The position numbers and the translations under genes are program-made. The notes beneath the pieces are model-generated. The model was not told the DNA's origin and did no database searches. It saw only the letters and a list, made by a program, of their open reading frames with translations. This document shows, piece by piece, positions 57,232 through 64,000 of a DNA stretch of 64,000 nt (the stretch's first letter is position 1; each line of letters opens with the position of its first letter). Source of the stretch: the human T2T-CHM13v2.0 reference genome, Homo sapiens; the NCBI RefSeq assembly GCF_009914755.1, contig NC_060930.1; one strand, 5' to 3'.

Positions 57232-60061
57232 CTAAGACAAGAAGATTTGGGTAACAACAAAATCTGCATACTGCAACAGTTCGAAAAATAAATTTTAAAA
57301 AGATAATAAGTGCAAATGTTACTCAACCAAAATGGGTTTTCTAAATATTTTAAAAACAAATAAAAATGTAAAAAATGTCAAGTCTAAAACTCCTTTCCAA
57401 ACACGTTATACAATAATACATATTAAAAAATTAAGATATAACTAGCTATTTTAGCAGGTGTCCCTGATGGAAAAGTCAAGTACACAACTATATTAAGATT
57501 ATAATATGAATATACACCTATTTTATTAACACAGAAAGATGTTCATGTAGGGTTACATGGTGAAATTCATCATGTTACAATAAAACATTATGTATCATCT
57601 AAATTAATTTTTATTGACTTTTCTTTCCCTATGGACATGTGTAAAATAATTATGGAAAGCTAAACAACATAGTTTAACCCTGAGTTAACTTTAGGTAGTG
57701 GTACTGAGTAGTTTTCCTAACTTAAGAGTTAAAAACATCTATTAATTTTCAAAAACTTCAACTTCTACGTGTAGAAATTTAATATTAATAGTAAACCTAA
57801 CATAAAAGTAAATATTTTATGTGGATAAATGTCATAATTCAATAAACATTTATAAGTTTCCAGTAAGTTCCCTTCTCGGAATATTACCAGTTAGGCACAT
57901 AACTCAATCTTTAAAGAAGAAAAGAAAATCCTTCAATTACAAAAGACATTTGTGCATACTGAAGAGTATTTGGGAAAAAATTAAAAAGGGACAATGAAAA
58001 AACTAACCACCTAAAAATGACATTATTCAAAAATCGTTTTTCTATATTTCCTTCCATTTCAGAGTTAATTTTACAAAGTTTATCTGTTCTCTTCATGTAA
58101 CTGTATACTGTGGGAATTTTCATTAAGCATTCTTCAATAGTTGCAACATGTGATTTACATAATTCTAGCACTCAATTTTTATTATTGCTACTAGAAAAGT
58201 TTCTTTTAACAGATAAAAACCATTTGGATATTTTTAAAGAAAAAACAAACATACTAAAAGTTAACTTACAGGCTTCCAAGTAAAGATAGCTGGCTAAACA
58301 AAGATGTTTACTTTTCCTTCATCCCAAAACTTGACAAAAATGACTCGAAAGGGATTTTTTTAAAGGCCAAAATTTGTAAAAATGAAGAATGGGAGACAAT
58401 ACAAGAGGAAGAACATAGCTGATGGCAGCAAGGAGATGGAAAAGAGATAACTAACTTCAGCAGATCTGAAAAAGCTGAATCAAAGCTGGCAGCAGAGAAA
58501 CTCAGAATGAAGTTTAAGACTTGGAATTACAAATATCCTTACACGCTTTATGCAACTGAAACTCTATTAGCTGAAATACAAAGTAAATTTTTTTCTAAGA
58601 GTGAACTGCTGCAGTTTATGATTATAAAAAATATTAAGTACAAAAACATTAAGGACTTTCAAGTCAAAGAGGAAAACTGATAGTTAATATACACTTTTAA
58701 GAGTACATTAGGTAGATCATTTTAGAAAGTTTATAAACATTTTGAGGCAAAAGATGGTTATTAACACATTAAGTTACAATATGAAACTGCGGTTCAACCA
58801 CTGTTGACCTACAAAGGGACAATTAATTTAATATCATTCCACTTAACATAGAATAACAGATTATACCATAATTCTAATATAGCTGGTATAGTAGCAATCA
58901 TAACATTAAATAAAGAAGCTTTTAATATCTGTATTTAGTTATCCAATTCCATTAAGACCAGCAATTGTTCTGGAGAAAGTTCTATTTGAGAATTCTCCAC
59001 ATCTTAGAGAATACAAAGCACACTGTCAACTTGCTACCTAAAAGTTCACGTGGAAAAAAACCTCTAAAATCATACACAAACACTCATGATAAAAATCATT
59101 TCTAATCTACATATACATTATAATATCTTATTAAATAAAATTTCAGATTTATTCTTACACCCTAGAAGTTCATTCCAGAATGGTGATATTTTGCTTTGGC
59201 CTAGCCTTCAATCATATGCTGATTTCAACACATGATCAAAATTTAGTATGTACTGCAGCACTCCTAATCCCCCACACACTTTTTATCAGGAAGCTACTTC
59301 AGAAGGCACTCCACCAAAACATGAGAAAAAAATTAAGGACAGAGAACAGAGCCACCAGGGAGAACCAATACAACAGAAAAAAAGCAGAGAACAGCTATGT
59401 GTCCTGCCAGGTCTACCAAAGATAGTCATCCAAACATGAACAGATGAGAAGGCTGTTTTTCAAGAAGGTGAAAGTGACAGAATATTCAATGAATCTGAAC
59501 ACATGAAGATACTGAGACACCAGTAGTTCAGCAATAAGTGGAGAGAAAACTAAGCAAATGAGAAACTTAGGAACAATTATGCAGCAAAGAACAACTGGAT
59601 AAGCTGAAAAGTGTTTAAAGATGCTGCCGTAAACACTAAGTATCACAATCAAATTCTGATTTGTAAAAATAGAGGTATGGGAAGGGTACAAGTATGTTGT
59701 GGGCAAAATGGTGAGGAGAGCTAAACCCTCTTCTTCCTTAATGAGAAATAAATAATCCAATTAAGTAAAAAAGTATGCATGTTTTATTTACACTGAGTCA
59801 ACAACCATTCAAAAATAGCTGCCTTGGGTTCAAACTACAATAAACCTTAAAAAACTAGTCTTGTATAAATGTATATATAAATCTGCCATAATGAAACAAG
59901 AATAACTCTAGTCATACATACAACAGACAAAACCCCATGAAAAATGCAGAGTACAGTGTTAAAACAGCAGGCAAGAAACTACAATGAGAACTTTTACGGG
60001 GAGTTCTTGGGTGGAAGAAAAACCATTTTTTTCTGGAAATACCACCCTTTGAATTGCTTAC

Positions 60062-60170
60062 CTTTGACTGTTAGATTGAAACAACCCAGTCTATCACCAG
60101 ATAATGAGTCTGCACCACACTGTAATACCACAGCACTAGGTTGATACATCTCCATCACCTTTGAGATAAT
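60062..60170 (-). CDS. HDAC2: HDAC2 exon 8, 109 nt, [36 protein letters not shown](G)
   Basis: Contains the GADSLSGD zinc-ligand motif. AG|ATT acceptor and G|GTAAGC donor. The preceding intron is only 80 nt (60171-60250). Confidence 0.98.
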
Positions 60171-60250
60171 CTACACACAAGATAACAAATGTTAGCATCT
60201 CCAATAACATTCTGAAATTCCATTCCAATTGTGAAAACAATAATACTTAC

Positions 60251-60343
60251 AGGCTTAAATATCTGCCCATATGACTCATCATCTATACCATCTCTCATTG
60301 GAAAATTGACAGCATAGTATTTGCCTTTTCCAGCACCAATATC
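60251..60343 (-). CDS. HDAC2: HDAC2 coding exon (exon 7 by size/phase), 93 nt, [31 protein letters not shown]
   Basis: Translation matches class I HDAC2. Acceptor ttttAG|GAT and donor CCT|GTAAGT. Upstream exons lie beyond the window end. Confidence 0.98.
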
Positions 60344-60856
60344 CTAAAATACATAATTAAACTGATCTTAGAGAATATTCTATAATAAAAAGTTTGGCAT
60401 TTGTTTACTACATTTTGAAAAGACTGAAAGACTAAGTATTAAGGATCCAATTTTGAATTCATCTTAGAAGTTGAGACCGGAACAATCAAACTGAGAAAGG
60501 AAATAATAAACAACAAATAAGTATATGCTCCAATATTTATAGACTGCTTGTAAAGCATACAAGAACCATTTTCAATTAATCTGTAGTGATTATTTTTGAC
60601 AGAAAAGAAATTTAACACAAGAAGTTAAAGGCAATGAAATTACATTACATTAAACCAGAAAATCCATCATAAATAGAATATTTAAGATGACAAGGCAACT
60701 TTATGAGTAAACCTGTGGAAAATAAATTAAGCCAAAAAGCCCTGCCGGACAATCATCTGCAGAATCCTTCTTGTGGTTCACAATCTGTTGGTATGAGTTT
60801 ACTTATGATGAAAGAACGACCCACACTTTCTCGAAGATTTAACAGCTACCGACTAA

Positions 60857-61167
<311 letters not shown>

Positions 61168-61461
61168 CAGATTTGTTCTTAATTGGACTTGGACTTCAAA
61201 CAAATTTTGTTCCTACTTGTTGAATGAGTACCACTCCAGGCATTAATCTCTCTCAAAAGACGCAAAGGTTCCAGCTACATATACTCTTAAATGATATATA
61301 CATATATTATATATACTTACTTATTTGTATATGTTATGCATTTGTAGGTGTGCATATGCATTTCTGTGTGTGTATACGTATTCCTAGAAGATACTGTATA
61401 GTACAGACATTACTACAAAATAGTATTTTAACTGCAATACCAAAGGATTGGGGTGTGCCTC

Positions 61462-61778
61462 TTTGTTGTTTTTTTTTGTTTTTTGAGATCAAGTCCTGCT
61501 CTGTCGCCCAGGATGGAGTGCAGTGGCATGATCTCGGCTCACTGCACTCCAGTGAGCCAAGACAGCCTCCTAGGTTCAAACAATTCTCCTGTCTCGGCCT
61601 CCTGAGTTGCTGGGACTACAGGTGCACGCCACCACACCCAGCTAATTTTTTTTGCATTTTAAGTAGAGACGGGGTTTCACCATATTGGTCAGGCTGGTCT
61701 CGAACTCTCGACCTCAGGTAATCCACTCGCCTCAGCCTCCCAAAGTGCTGGGATTACAGGCATGAGCCACTGCGCCTG
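61462..61778 (-). mobile_element. AluS with an internal fold-back rearrangement
   Basis: Alu match, hairpin at 61532-61562. Confidence 0.9.
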
Positions 61779-62472
61779 AGTGGGGTGGGGGGGGGGTGCC
61801 TAATTCTTATGTGCGTTGAATGATAATGTCTGAAGATCCATGAATTTTCAGGATTACTAGCACTTGTGCAAGTTCTTCTGAACCTCTCATGGAATGATCT
61901 TAGCTTCAGTCCAATTTTACAAAAGCAAAATTTACCCTCAATATTAGAGTTATGAGACCCAACATCCAACGAGGAGAAAGCAAGCAAAATTACACACCTC
62001 CTCTCCCAATTTTTCTTGAAGTCTAAATTTTTATTAAGATTAACTAAATACAAACCATACAAATATGGAAAAGCCAAAGTATTGTGAAAACTTTACAGTC
62101 CTACTGCACAGTTAAAACACAGATGAAATATATTTTGACCCTAAGATTTCAGAATACAGAAAAGTTGGTCAGCACTTCTCATCCTAACTGCTACTAACTA
62201 GCTGGCAACTCAGAGCTGCTGCCCTTGTTAGACATAGCTTTCTCTCTTCCAGGTTTCATTCTGCAACTGCTACTATGCCACCTTTCTTTCTTCCACTAGA
62301 CTACTTGAATTAAAGCAAACAGTTTCAACAATGAGCTAAACTCAGAGTAGCCTTCTTTTCAGCATGAGAATGAATTAGCAGGCAGAAAAAGGAGTGTTTA
62401 TTAAATTAACATCCAAAGATACACGTGAATTACACAGAAAGTCCAAAAACAGCTGTACATATAATGTAATGA

Positions 62473-62851
<379 letters not shown>

Positions 62852-63160
62852 CAGCGATTGTAAAATCTTAAGTGAGAAAAAGAGATGTTGAAAGCCATTC
62901 TCAAATCCTTCTAAAACAGCATTCTCTAATATTTTCAAAAACTTCAAACTGTAAGAATTTTGAATAATAACTGAGATGAGACCATAGTGACATCCACCTG
63001 TCAGAAATTAAATGAAGCTTCCATTTTCCACTTCTGAGATAAACTAGGATCACACTGCAAAGATACTGTCTTATTCTTTAAGCTTAAAACAGAGAAGACT
63101 TTTGCTTGACTTCCACTAGGATGTAATGGTTGTTGACAAATGTATTCTATCAGTTTACAG

Positions 63161-63291
63161 CAGTGGTTCTCAAACTTTAAGGTGAAGAATCACCCAGAGT
63201 TTCTGGGCCCTAAGAATGTGTATTTCTAACAAGTTCCCAGGTGATGCTGATCTGCTTTCCTCAGTTTAGGCGCCACTGTTTGAGAAGCACT
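63161..63291. mobile_element. MER5A (hAT-Charlie MITE)
   Basis: TIRs CAGTGGTTCTCAAAC ... GTTTGAGAAGCACTG. Confidence 0.82.
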
Positions 63292-64000
63292 GGTCTGTAA
63301 GATAAGACCAGGTGGGGAAAGGGAGAAATTGAAGGAGTTTACTGGCAAGGAATTGAAATTACAAATCTGCAATTTTAAAAGCTAAATAATTTAAACTCAA
63401 ACCAAACATTTGACCTCCCACCCATTTGTAAGTATGGAAAAGTTTCAGTAAGGTAACTCTTTTACTCAAAGAGTTTACTGAGAAAGTATCACACTGTGAT
63501 CTAATAAAGAAAAGCCATACAGCTTAAGAATACTTTATGGCAACTCTTTAAACTTTGGTTGCTAAACTGTAATGATATACCACAGATGTGAAAAATAATC
63601 TTAATAAAATAGTTTAAAACTTTGTTCAATGCCATATAAATCTCCCATATAATCCAGGCTGAACTAAAAACAGCTGTTTAAATTATTGAATAAATTTCGA
63701 CATTTGTATAGTTAGGTTCAAAAAAAGTGTAGTGAGGCAAAAAACCTTCAATGAACTTATAGAAATAGGATTTGACCAGTGGTTTTCAGAGTCATAAAAG
63801 ACAAGAGCATCAAATGGAAAAAGATAACAAATAAAATAGAAATACACTTAATGTTAACAGGCAGGCAAGGTTACACTATGGTATCCTTTCTCTACCTAAA
63901 TACATTACCAATTTTAGAAGCTTAAAGAAAAAAAAAGATTAAAATTAGATCTACTAAAAATCAAGACCAATCACAAAAGAGAGGAGCAGAAGAACCTAAA

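Noticed and set aside
61780-61797. G-run as a G-quadruplex element
   Set aside because: It is a short G4-T-G10 run at an Alu target-site flank, most simply homopolymer slippage.

Overview
Primate (human-like) genomic DNA. The right third holds the 3' half of HDAC2 on the minus strand: eight coding exons (consistent with exons 7-14, 828 nt, residues ~214-488) with canonical GT-AG junctions and the stop at 52140-52142. Several poly(A) signals follow, defining a short 3'UTR and a candidate ~8-kb 3'UTR ending near 44110. The other ~44 kb is non-coding and rich in transposable elements: Alus, Tigger1, MaLR/ERV LTRs, L1/L2/MIR remnants, a HERV-W env processed retrocopy, a full-length SVA and a 29-bp E-box VNTR. 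The most unusual observations are: (1) a TSD-bounded chimera of a KRAB-ZNF-like 5' leader and an L1 3' end, lying antisense in the extended HDAC2 3'UTR; (2) a 77-bp templated insertion copied from 4.9 kb away into a MIR, with a stuttered junction; (3) a HERV-W retrocopy abutting a half-deleted Alu; (4) two fold-back hairpins inside Alus; and (5) same-orientation CTCF motifs, one next to an HDAC2 poly(A) signal. Repeat subfamily names come from recall of consensus sequences, and element boundaries other than exons and TSD-bounded inserts are approximate.
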